Below, piece by piece: positions 35,448 through 47,719 of a stretch of DNA of 64,000 nt. Made by a program: the position numbers and the translations under genes. Numbering within the stretch: position 1 is the first letter of the stretch; every line of letters starts with the position of its first letter. The notes under the pieces are model-generated. The model did not search any database, was not told the origin of the DNA, and worked only from the letters and a program-made list of their open reading frames with translations. This DNA comes from Eukaryota sp. TZLM1-RC (lineage: Eukaryota > Protista > Metamonada: BaSk clade): the NCBI GenBank assembly GCA_040285825.1, contig JAUPSS010000001.1, forward strand, positions 682,001 to 746,000. The letters are read 5' to 3'.

Positions 35448-36181
35448 ATGAAACTAACTGTTATAGGCCACTGGGCAGGATATCCTAAAGCTAATGACGC
35501 TACCTCTGGTTATTTGCTCCAGCACGATGGTTTCAATGTTCTTATTGATTGTGGTAGTGGTGTATTGTCCAACATGTTGCACTTCGTTTCTTACACCGAA
35601 CTGCATGCAGTTGTCATCTCCCACTACCACCATGATCATATTGCTGACGTAGGTCCACTACAATACGCTAGGCTAGTGGAAACACAGCTAGGCAAGGTGA
35701 ATTCTCCACTCAAAGTATATGGCCCATCGTATGATCAGGATACACTGTCAAAGTTAAAGAAACCTCCATTTGTTGACACTGTTCCATATGACCCGCACAG
35801 CCGAAAAACAATAGGTCCGTTTGAGTTGGAATTTCATGAAAATATCCACTCAATTAAATCATTTGCCATTAAGGCTACTTGTGGATCCAAATCAGTAGCT
35901 TATTCAGGAGACACTGCCTATCATGAGACATTGGCAGAGTTTGTGAGTGATGTAGATTTGTTCATTTGCGAGGCGAGCTTCTATCCTTGGCAAGATGCAG
36001 TGCCTTATGGACACTTAACAAGTACAGAAGCAGCGAGAATTGCTCAAAAAGCGTCAGTAAATCTCTTCTACTTACACATTTACCTCACTTCGGAAATGTA
36101 AACGAGTTGCTTGAGGATGCTAAGAAACATTTCGAACAGAGAACGAGTCTGGCATTCAAAGGGTGGTGTTGTGAGATATAG
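35448..36181 (+). pseudogene. Second MBL hydrolase copy, frameshifted
   Basis: 1-nt deletion near 36064 relative to 20430-21164. Confidence 0.75.
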
Positions 36182-36366
36182 TTGTTTTTGTGGTTTGATT
36201 CCATTGTGGTTTGATTCCATTGGAATGTGGAAGTGTAAAGAAAATGGTGTGCTGTTAAAGTAACTACAAGTGATTCAATCAATCAACATTTTGACACCAT
36301 AAATTCAATAGACTTGATGACTAGACACAAGCATTAGTAGAGAAAAATTCGTTAATGAAACTTTAT

Positions 36367-39300
36367 TTATAAGTCAAGTTTGAGACAACTTTTGACAATT
36401 TTCTTCAAAAAAGATTTCTTGACAAATTCAGGATCTTGGTTGACATTCCAATGCCCATATTTTCTATAACAAGAAGGGTCGTTTTTCCTATCACACTTGT
36501 CGCCAAACTTGCACTTATAAGGAATCACTGGTATAGGTTCATGGGTAAATGTGAAGCGATGAAGAGGATCCTTAAGACCTTCACAACTTACCCCATGTTC
36601 ACATACTTCCAGCTCAACGTGGTCAAATAGTCTGCAGTGTTCCTCGTTTTCCACATCTTTACAAAATCCTGAATATCGACAAATATGTTTAAACCCCCTT
36701 AAATGCTTGGCTCCCTCGGAGGTCTTTCCCATATGATCCACATAGTAATACTCGCAGGTATAAGGATTAGGACATTGGGGTAGTTCAGAGTTTATATTAG
36801 GAGCACTTTTAGTAATAGAGGAAGATCTTGGTTTTTGAAACGATTTTGTGGATGTAAAATGTTGAAAAAATGTTCGATGAGATAGTGAAGCCAACTGGTT
36901 ACAATTTTTAAAGGGGCAAGGTGGGACATGGTGAAATTTTGAAATATGATCTCTTTCTTCAACACGTTGGCAGGGAAAGAGCAAATCTTGACATGGAAGC
37001 ATAAAATTTCGAGAATTTTGAATTAAATCGTATTTAATTAAATCTTGGCATTGTGCTAGACAATCCCCAAATCCACTAAATATAATTGAATCAAAAAACC
37101 TGTGGAAAATGGAAAGTACAAATGATAAAACAGTCATTGCACCAGGAATAGGGTTTCTGAAAGCTCCACAACCAAGAGGGCAAATCACTAAATGAGTAAT
37201 TCCGTGTTTAATGGCAGCTAAAAAGACAGAGGTCCATCTCTTGTATAGTAATTGTAAATCATCAAAATGAGAATAGTCTTCACCAAAGTTTTCAACTTCC
37301 TTTTTTTGTGGATTTTGAGGAGCAGCAGTACTTATAATGGTAACTCTTTGTGGTTTTTCAAGCAATTGACATCCAGTAGTTTCAGTTGTTTTGAAAATTT
37401 CCACATTTTCGGTAACTACAACATCAATTTTAGCTGTGTTCCATGGATATGCTACCCTTTGGCCAGAAACTACCTGTCCACCATACTGTTCAGGATCCAA
37501 AGCAGCACCCAGAGTAGTTCTTCTGAAAAGTGATTCTTCTTGAGCACTGGCACCCGTGAGATAACCACCACCAGGATGTTCCTCATTAGCCATGTTGAGG
37601 ACACCAACACGGTTAGTGGTAGGATCAAGGCCAATCGCACATTCAAGACAGTCTTTTTCCAAAAACTCGATCGGTTTAACATCATTAGTTGCAAAAAAAT
37701 CAAAATCATGATTAAAAAAATCGTCAAAAAAATAGACAGAATTACATAGCAAATTACAATTCAATCTAGTAAAGGATTCACCATTCAGAGCATAACCATT
37801 GGCATTCACGACTCTCAAAGCATGAGCTAATATGATGCACAACACAAGCCTATAACAATTGTTGAATCTTCGTCTAAGAGAGGGAAGGTCATAGGAATTG
37901 ATTAGGAAATGGATTAATTGATCATTGTAATTTTCGACTAAATTTCCATAGTAATGCAGAGCCAAATCAACATGGGCCTTTTCTTCGGCAAAACAAACAG
38001 GACACGCAAGAGCAGGATTGAATTCCTCAACCAAAACTAATGTAATTTCTCTATTTTTCCCTCTAATTCTACAATTAAAAATCGTACCTCTTTTAAGAAC
38101 ACATTCATCCTCTGTGCTGACCAGAACAACTCTTTTATCCCCAAACAAAGTGATCTTGTGCTTTGTGGAAGTGAGGCTCTGGTCAATGACGTGTTTCAGA
38201 GTTGAGAAATTTGGACAAGGAATGAAGACTAGTTCGAATAAATAGAATTCATTAAAAGAAATTCTAAAATTTTGGTTGGAAGTGTCAATTGATTGAATGA
38301 TCTCTGATTGATCTTCTTTTGAAAAAGACCAAATATTCGAACAATGAAATGTCAGCCAATATTTGGTCATTTAGATAGATTGTCTGTGAATTCGGTAATA
38401 GTTGAGCCAAATTTTCGTCAATAACAGAATGATTAATTGGTGATCCATCTTCGACAACGACTGTGATCGACGTCAAGGCTAAAATTTTAGAAGTTTGATC
38501 TCTTCCCCTGCTCTTGAGCTCTACTGTTTCCTTTTGCTTATCCATTAATTTTTGTTTCAATTTTTGAATCAATTGATTGTTTTTTTCATTATTATTGACC
38601 GCCATCTGATCACTGTTAGTGGACATTTCTGAAATTTCTGCCTTTAAACCCAAAACTTCCTTTTCCAAATTTTCAATGATTTCCGATCGGTCGGCTACAC
38701 AATTTTTGAAAGAGTCAATGATAGCAACAAATTCTTCATTAATTTCTTTAATTTTCCCATATTGCCCTTCTAATTCATCATGAGAGTCAGAAAGATCCTT
38801 GAAAGCTGATTCTGATTGGTTCAAGGAAACAGAAAGTGATTTAATAACTGATGAATAATTGGTAGATTTTTCGGAGAGATCACAAAAAAGATCATAAAGC
38901 TCATTGAAAGAAGTTGAAAATGTTTTGAATTCTGAACGTTGTGACTGAATGGTTTCCTCTAACTGAGTAATTTTTGACTCCAATTCAACAATTAACGTAG
39001 ACTTAAATTGAATTTCTGTATTCAATTCAGCAATCAAGTCTTGATTATTCTTGATTGATTGACAATTTGATTGATTCTCGGTTGATAATTCCGAATTACT
39101 GGCTTTTAAGTGACATAATCTCTGATTCCAGTGATTCTTTTTCAGACGTTAGAGATTTGATTTGAGTAGTTAATTCAGCAATTGATGAATTTAATTCTGC
39201 AAATTTAGAACTTTTCATCAATAATTCTTGATTCTTTGAATTAATTTCAGCATCTTTTTCTTTTAATAATTCAATTTTATCACCATTATCTTTTTCATTT

Positions 39301-40050
39301 TTCTTAATTTCTTCTTTTAATTCACTATTCAACAGACCCAACTCATCTAATGCACTTGATAATTCATTATTTTTACTGTAATTGAGTTTAACTGTTCCTT
39401 TTCCAGAATTAATTCCTTTTCACTCTCCGAGTTACTACTAATTTTTGCTTTAATTTGATCCAATTCAAGTTCTCTTTCGGATATAACACTACCTAATTTT
39501 TCTTTTTCTAGCACAACCAAGTTATAATTTGTTTCTAATCTAACCAACGAGTCAGTTTTGAGCTGACAAGTTTTCTGACATTCTGAATATTTCGAAGTGA
39601 TCTCTTCTAACTGAGACTTAAAATTTTCACACTGTTCCTCAGTCAAGGTTAAATTTGACCGAAGCTCTTGAATTTGATCGGAAATGTCTTGATTTTGAGC
39701 TTCCAAGTCTTGTTTTTCTTCACTAACTTTGTTTAAATTTCGTTGTAATTCTTCATAAAGTTTTGATAATTCCTGATTTTTGACCGTCATGTCATTTAAT
39801 TGATTGGTAACGTCAGCAATTTTGACCTTATCAGATTCTACTTTGGCTTTCAAATGATTAATCTCTTCCTTTAAAGATCCAACTTGTTGTTGATTGAGCT
39901 CCTTTGATTCAAGCTCAAAGTTTTTAAAATTTTGTTCCAAAATTTCGTAATCTGACTTTGACTCTGCAAGACTTTGGGTTAATTCTTCACATTTCTGTTC
40001 GAATTCAGCAGACCTCCGTTGAAAACCTTTCAACTTGTCAATTTGAGACA
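36367..40050 (-). pseudogene. Long coiled coil + microbial-type PARG (DUF2263/TIGR02452-like macrodomain) + six PBZ-like zinc fingers; frameshifted and 5'-truncated
   Basis: VLNMANEEHPGGGYLTGASAQEESLFRRTTL and LGCGAFRNP PARG motifs; C-x5-C...H-x5-H fingers such as CRYSGFCKDVENEEHCRLFDH. Frameshifts at ~39370, ~39105 and ~38320. Confidence 0.8.
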
Positions 40051-42780
40051 AACATAGAAAATATGATAAAGTTATTGAAGAGGCTAATGTCGATAGAAAT
40101 ACACAGCTGGTTTTTATTGCTTTCCCATTTTCGATAAATGGAAGATGATCAGTTGAAGCAGAAACTTTTTTGGATGACTTCCAAAAAATGGTGCAAGAAA
40201 AAACAATGAAAGATTTGATATTTTTTTATGGCGATCACGAGATTCAATTTGCCATTATTAAAAGATTACCTCGGTTTTTCAATCGAATTAGAGGAGCTTT
40301 AGCTAGACAGCAAGCAGATCAAGATTTTGTAGAGGAAATCTTGGTTCAATGATAGTCGTCCCATTAGTAATGAATTAATTAAATTAAGTGTGCAAATTCA
40401 ATAAATTTGAATAAATTTAAATTTTTTTTCTCCCTCCCTTAGTCAACCCTTTCATATTTCACTTTCTGTCAAGGCGTCAAAGTCGTACTGTTTCTCTGTC
40501 AAAACGATGCCTTTGGCTGATAGTGACTCTGATACTGATTGGAACGCCCAAGCAAAGATTCTACCAGTCAGATCAAGCTCATCCACTCCACTTCCCCACT
40601 ATCCCCACAATACAAGCTATGCTCGAAATTCATCTCAAAAAAATTTTCATTCAAAAACTGATCATTGTACCAGAAAAAACACAGAAAAACTACCATTACG
40701 TTCCTTGCGTTCTGTTGCGCGTTCTATTAACAACTCCGTTTCTCGAAATTTGTTTTCTTCAGCTGAAACTGCAAAAAGTCAAAAGTCTATTTCTACTTTT
40801 AAGTCAAAAATTGACAAAATTGAAAGAACTGAAAAAATGAAACCACTGCCATTAAAAGGTTCTAAAAAATGTTCGATTTGTGGTATCAGTGGTCATAATT
40901 CGAGAACGTGCCCTGAGAAACAAAAATGAGAATTTGAATTAAAATCTGCACAACAAATTCTCAAATGTTCTGTTCCAGCTGTTGCCGTTGTGAAAGGTGC
41001 TGAAAATAATGTTTCTGACGATCAACAGTTAAATGCTTCTAGTGTTCCCTCTTCTTCCCCTTCTGAAAACAGTCATTTTTGTTGTCCATTTTGCAAAAAA
41101 GATGTTGTAGATTCACGAAATGGTCGAAAACTTCTGTTTTGTACGAATTGTAAAGCCGTTGATACCGTAAGACCCCCGATCCGGATCCCAGTAGAAATAA
41201 GTCCCGCCAGCACAATCCCCTTCTCAATGGAAATGAGAAATTTTACTTCTGAATTGAAAAATAATAAGTGGAATATTTCATCCTTCTGGAAATATTTTGC
41301 TAGAAAAAACAAAAATTGTTTTAAGAAAAAATTTGGAAAAAGAAAAATTGTAAAATCAAAAATTTGCCGTAAATTGTGCTTACGTGGTCGTTATGGTGCC
41401 GCAAAGCAGTCTTTGTTTTCCTCTTCTTTGGCTGATGCAAACTCTGATACCCTTGAAAAACTTCAAAAGTTGCATCCTCAAGAAAATTTCAAGTGCAGCA
41501 AGCCTGAAGTGTGTCCTTTTTGGATTGAAAATCCTATTACTGCAATTGAAGTTCTTAAAGCTATTCAAAAATTGCCAAAGGGGAAAGCAGCAGGCCCATC
41601 TGGAATTTCATTTGATCTGTTAGAAATAGCGTGTTCCAGTGCTCCCGAAATTGCTGATGATCTAGCCCACTATTTTCAACAATTGATTGTTTTGAAAATT
41701 AATCCTCCATTTGAATTACTCGCAGCACGTCTGATTGCTTTAGTAAAGCCTGGAAACGGAATCAAACCTGATGGAATACGCCCAATTGCTGTTGGTGAAT
41801 CTCTTTCTCGTTTGCTAGCATCAATTGTCTTCGATCGTGTCAAAGACAAAGCTTCTAAATTTTTGAATCCTCATCAATTTGGAATCAAAACAATTGATGG
41901 TGCTTCTGTTGCTGCTATTGCCTCTGATACCTTTTTTAATGCAGAGGAAAATAATTTTATTTTTAATCTCGACTTCAAAAATGCTTTTAATTCTGTAAAG
42001 CGAGAACCAATTTTTGAAGTTATTAAATCTGATTTTCCTGAGCTATCGAGTTTTTTCTACCATTTTTATGGGAAAGAATCAGATTTAATTTTTAATTCAT
42101 TTGGTCTTAAATTATCTTCTGGAGTGAAGCAGGGAGATCCTTTAGGCCCATTATTGTTTTGTTTAGCTATTCACAAAACTTTAAATATCATTAAGCAAAA
42201 ATACCCTTCTATAAAAATAGTTGCTTATATGGATGATATATCCTTGATTGGTTCATTTGATTTACTAGAATTGGTTGCTCAAGAAATTGCCGATTCATAT
42301 GAAAATATTGGGCTTCATCTTAATGCCAGCAAATGCCTTCTGATTGGCTCTTCTGCTCAAGACCTCGTGATAAACGATTCTATTGTCCCTTTTACTAATT
42401 AAAGTAGTGATGCTTTTAAGTTCCTTGGTTGTTGGTTAGGAAATGTGCCTCAAATTCAGAATGAATTGCAATTTATTTTGGAAAAAATGAAAATTGAACT
42501 TGATTCGATTTCTTCTTTAGATATAGAAAAGCATATTAAATTTTTCATGCTTAAAATTTGCTACACTGGGAGAATAACCCACATTTTGAGATCTTGTGCT
42601 CCTTCCATAGCATTAGATTTTTGTCGTTCTTTTAATTCATTGAGAACAGAATTTTTTGCTGATTTATTGGATGTAGAACCAGGAATGTTAAAAAGCCATT
42701 TATTTTCTTCAGCAAATTTGGGTGGTATTGGTTTTACTATATCTTCAATTTTGTGTCAATCAGCATTCTTGGGTGGTGGC

Positions 42781-44745
42781 AAAAATTTTATTTATGAATT
42801 TTCTCGTAGATTTCCTGATGATTCTCATCTGTTAGTCCCCAATTGTAGTCCCTATTTGTATGAGTTATCTTGTGAACTTGAAAAATTACCGCCACAAATT
42901 TGGACCAAATGTTTTCCTCAATCAATTCAAGAAATTCCAAACCGATCTCTATTTAATTTACAGTTTTGCTGTAAAAAGCTTCAACAAAAATTGTCAAAGA
43001 TTTTTGAAAGCTTGCATTTTGATGTTAGACTTGGCTTGGCCAAGAAAAAGAATCCCGCTTTTGCAAATCTTTTACAAGATATGCGTGACAGTACTTCCTC
43101 TGCCTTAGTAACAACAATTCCACAAGTTTATGGTACTCTCTTGTCCGATTCTGCTTGGACTCTGAATATGAGATTTCGTTCCTTTATCTGACCTGATAAT
43201 TTACCTCATAATTTAATTTGTAAATGTTCTCGAGAAATTGTAAAATGTTTCAAATTCCAGATCATGCTTACCTTAGTCCACAACATGGTGGTTTAGGGTG
43301 GACGAAGGCTTCTATTCTTACCTCGTGTGCTTTTGTTGGTGGATGCAGAAATGCAATCTTTGAATTCTCCGAAAGATTTGCAGATTGGGAAGATTTATTG
43401 ATGACAACGCAAAGTTCCACTGTTTTTGCATCAAAAAAAATTTTATTTATGAATTTTCTCGTAGATTTCCTGATGATTCCCATCTGTTAGTCCCCAATTG
43501 TAGTCCCTATTTGTATGAGTTATCTTGTGAACTTGAAAAATTACCGCCACAAATTTGGACCAAATGCTTTCCTCAATCAATTCAAGAAATTCCAAACCGA
43601 TCTCTATTTAATTTACAGTTTTGCTGTAAAAAGCTTCAACAAAAATTGTCAAAGATTTTTGAAAGCTTGGATTTTGATGTTAGACTTGGCTTGGCCAAGA
43701 AAAAGAATCCCGCTTTTGCAAATCTTTTACAAGATATGTGTGACAGTACTTCTTCTGCCTTAGTAACAACAATTCCACAAGTTTATGGTACTCTCTTATC
43801 CGATTCTGCTTGGACTCTAAATATGAGATTTCGTTCCTTTATCTGGCCTGATAATTTACCTCATAATTTAATTTGTAAATGTTCTCGAGAAATTGTAAAA
43901 TGTTTCAAATTCCAGATCATGCTTACCTTAGTCCACAATATGGTGGTTTAGGGTGGACGAAGGCTTCTATTCTTACCTCGTGTGCTTTTGTTGGTGGATG
44001 CAGAAATGCAATCTTTGAGTTCTCCGAAAGATTTGCAGATTGGGAAGATTTATTGATGACAACGCAAAGTTCCACTGTTTTTGCATTAAAAAAAATTTTA
44101 TTTATGAATTTTCTCGTAGATTTCCTGATGATTCCCATCTGTTAGTCCCCAATTGTAGTCCCTATTTGTATGAGTTATCTTGTGAACTTGAAAAATTACC
44201 GCCACAAATTTGGACCAAATGCTTTCCTCAATCAATTCAAGAAATTCCAAACCGATCTCTATTTAATTTACAGTTTTGCTGTAAAAAGCTTCAACAAAAA
44301 TTGTCAAAGATTTTTGAAAGCTTGGATTTTGATGTTAGACTTGGCTTGGCCAAGAAAAAGAATCCCGCTTTTGCAAATCTTTTACAAGATATGTGTGACA
44401 GTACTTCTTCTGCCTTAGTAACAACAATTCCACAAGTATATGGTACTCTCTTATCCGATTCTGCTTGGACTCTAAATATGAGATTTCGTTCCTTTATCTG
44501 GCCTGATAATTTACCTCATAATTTAATTTGTAAATGTTCTCGAGAAATTGTAAAATGTTTCAAATTCCAGATCATGCTTACCTTAGTCCACAATATGGTG
44601 GTTTAGGGTGGACGAAGGCTTCTATTCTTACCTCGTGTGCTTTTGTTGGTGGATGCAGAAATGCAATCTTTGAGTTCTCCGAAAGATTTGCAGATTGGGA
44701 AGATTTATTGATGACAACGCAAAGTTCCACTGTTTTTGCATCAAA
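42781..44745 (+). repeat. Three 655-bp tandem units, each ~459 bp family B + ~196 bp family C
   Basis: Unit starts at 42781, 43436 and 44091; a fourth start at 44746 runs on as family B. Confidence 0.95.
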
Positions 44746-46952
44746 AAAAATTTTATTTATGAATTTTCTCGTAGATTTCCTGATGATTCCCATCTGTTAG
44801 TCCCCAATTGTAGTCCCTATTTGTATGAGTTATCTTGTGAACTTGAAAAATTACCGCCACAAATTTGGACCAAATGCTTTCCTCAATCAATTCAAGAAAT
44901 TCCAAACCGATCTCTATTTAATTTACAGTTTTGCTGTAAAAAGCTTCAACAAAAATTGTCAAAGATTTTTGAAAGCTTGGATTTTGATGTTAGACTTGGC
45001 TTGGCCAAGAAAAAGAATCCCGCTTTTGCAAATCTTTTACAAGATATGTGTGACAGTACTTCTTCTGCCTTAGTAACAACAATTCCACAAGTATATGGTA
45101 CTCTCTTATCCGATTCTGCTTGGACTCTAAATATGAGATTTCGTTCCTTTATCTGGCCTGATAATTTACCTCATAATTTAATTTGTAAATGTTCTCGAGA
45201 AATTACAACTACTCATTTGTTAAATTGTAAACATTTTATTACCTTTAGAAGCAAGGTTCATGATGCTGTAAGAGACCAGTTATATTGTATGTGTAAATCT
45301 CATAGAATTGAATCCTTCTTGGAACCTCTGTTGTCAAATCTGTTTGATGCTGAAAATGATTTTCATAAGAATAATAGAGGTGATGTCATATTACCTGGAT
45401 TAGATGGAAGCTTTATTTTATTGGATGTAATGTCTGTTGATCCTTGTAATGCCTCAAATGAAAGGCTTGTTAATTCTGAAATTCATAATCCCCTTTCAAA
45501 TGCTGAAAATTTTAAATTCAAAAAATACAATGAACCTTTGTCCAAATTGGCCAGTCTACAGCATGCAAAATACAATTTGTATCCATTTGTATTTTCCCTT
45601 TTTGGTTCACTTGCACCAACTGCTTTACGTTTTTTGGATGATTTTGAAATGATTGTAAAGAGAAGAACTGGCAGAAATTTCAACAGATTGTTTTGGCAAA
45701 ATAGAATTGTGTTTTCTATTTTTAAGGGGATGTTGAAGATGGTTTCTGATGCTTTGCTTTCTCTTGGATCTCACTATGAGAGAGTTGCATCTAGTGTTTT
45801 TGTTTTGGGAGAGATGGATTTTTTAGATGTTGATTTATAGGTTTAGAATAAAATCCTTTCCACAAAAAAAAGTTTTTGCATCAAATGAAGAAATTTCAAG
45901 AATTGATGTAGAAAAATGGGGTCGATGTTTTCCCCAATCATTCAATGGCAATATTCCAGAAAAAAATGTTTTAAATTTGAGGTACACTCTTCCAACATTA
46001 CAGAAAAGATTGACTGGAATGTATGAAAAAGATCTTTATAATAATATTTGCAGCTCGGCTGTTTTAAATCAAGATCTTCACTCATTGTTATTGGAAAAGG
46101 GTGTTTGTGAAAACAAGGCGTCAGATTCTTCACTTTTTGTAACCATTGTACCACGAAGATTTGGATTGTGTGCCACTAATGAAGCATTTGTAACAAAAAT
46201 GAGATTATATTTGAACATCCCCATTAACCAATTATTATCAAAAGAAAAATGTATTTGTTCGAATTCACCTCAACTCACTTTGCGCCATGCTCTTAATTGC
46301 TCTAAATTGATAACTTATCGTTCTTCATTACATGATGCTGTTAGAGACACTGTTTTCAATATGGCACAAACTGCAAGGATATCGTGTATCAAAGAGCCCC
46401 TGCTGAAAGAAACACTTTCTCTGAATAATTTTGGTTCTGATGATAGAGGTGATGTATACTGTGATTGGATTGATAATTCTGAAGCTATTGTTGACTTTGT
46501 CTCATGTAATGTTGCAAACGATACTTTGGTTCACAGAAGAAAACTTAATCCTGTGGCTGCTCTGGATTTTAAAGCAAAAGAAAAACATAGAAAATATGAT
46601 AAAGAAATTGAAGATGTAAATATCGATAGAAATACACAGCTGGTTTTTATTGCTTTTCCATTTTCGATAAATGGAAGATTATCAGTTGAAGCAGAAACTT
46701 TTTTTGGATGACTTCCAAAAAAATGGTGAAAGAAAAAAACAATGAAAAGATTTGATATTTTTTTATGGCGTTCACGGATTCAATTTGCCATTATGAATAG
46801 ATTACCGCGGTTTTTCAATCGAATTAGAGAAGCTTTAGCTAGACAGCAAGCAAATCAAGATTTTGTAGAGGAAATCTTGGTTTAATGATAGTCGTCCCAT
46901 TAGTTATGATTTAATTTAATCAAGTGTGCAAATTCAATAAATTATTATAAAT
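43240..46952 (+). mobile_element. 5'-truncated family C inserted in family B
   Basis: Family C sequence at 43240-43435 continues at 45872-46945. TSD agaaatt (43233-43239 and 46953-46959). Confidence 0.75.
44746..45871 (+). mobile_element. 5'-truncated family B inserted in family C
   Basis: 14-bp TSD gtttttgcatcaaa (44732-44745 and 45872-45885); A-rich tail. Confidence 0.8.
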
Positions 46953-47719
46953 AGAAATTACAACTACTCATTTGTTAAATTGTAAACATTTTATTACTTT
47001 TAGAAGCAAGGTTCATGATGCTGTAAGAGACCAGTTATATTGTATGTGTAAATCTCATAGAATTGAATCCTTCTTGGAACCTTTGTTGTCAAATCTGTTT
47101 GATGCTGAAAATGATTTTCATAAGAATAATAGAGGTGATGTCATATTACCTGGATTAGATGGAAGCTTCATTTTATTGGATGTAATGTCTGTTGATCCTT
47201 GTAATGCCTCAAATGAAAGGCTTGTTAATTCTGAAATTCATAATCCCCTTTCAAATGCTGAAAATTTTAAATTCAAAAATACAATGAACCTTTGTCCAAA
47301 TTGGCCAGTCTACAGCATGCAAAATACAATTTGTATCCATTTGTATTTTCCCTTTTTGGTTCACTTGCACCAGCTGCTTTACGTTTTTTGGATGATTTTG
47401 AAATGATTGTAAAGAGAAGAACTGGCAGAAATTTCAACAGATTGTTTTGGCAAAATAGAATTGTGTTTTCTATTTTTAAGGGGATGTTGAAGATGGTTTC
47501 TGATGCTTTGCTTTCTCTTGGATCTCACTATGAGAGAGTTGCATCTAGTGTTTATGTTTTGGGAGAGATGGATTTTTTAGATGTTGATTTATAGGTTTAG
47601 AATAAAATTAAATTGTTTAAAAAAAATTCAATAAATACATATATTCAATGTTCGATTTTCACTTTTCGTTCAGGTTCAGGTGTTGACGAAAGATCATATC
47701 TCAACTACACCTTGGAACC

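Larger units (their letters stand above)
33719..37133 (+). repeat. Segmental duplicate of ~18650-22133
   Basis: Collinear near-identical sequence (TIR element, Fanzor remnant, MBL, PBZ region). Confidence 0.9.
40407..47623 (+). mobile_element. Full-length CRE-like retrotransposon family B carrying nested insertions
   Basis: ORF from 40507: CSICGISGHNSRTC, CPFC..CTNC, RT (GVKQGDPLGP, YMDD), RLE (HDAVRD, RGDV, LLDV). 13-bp TSD aaattcaataaat (40394-40406 and 47624-47636); empty allele at 7508-7520. Confidence 0.9.
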
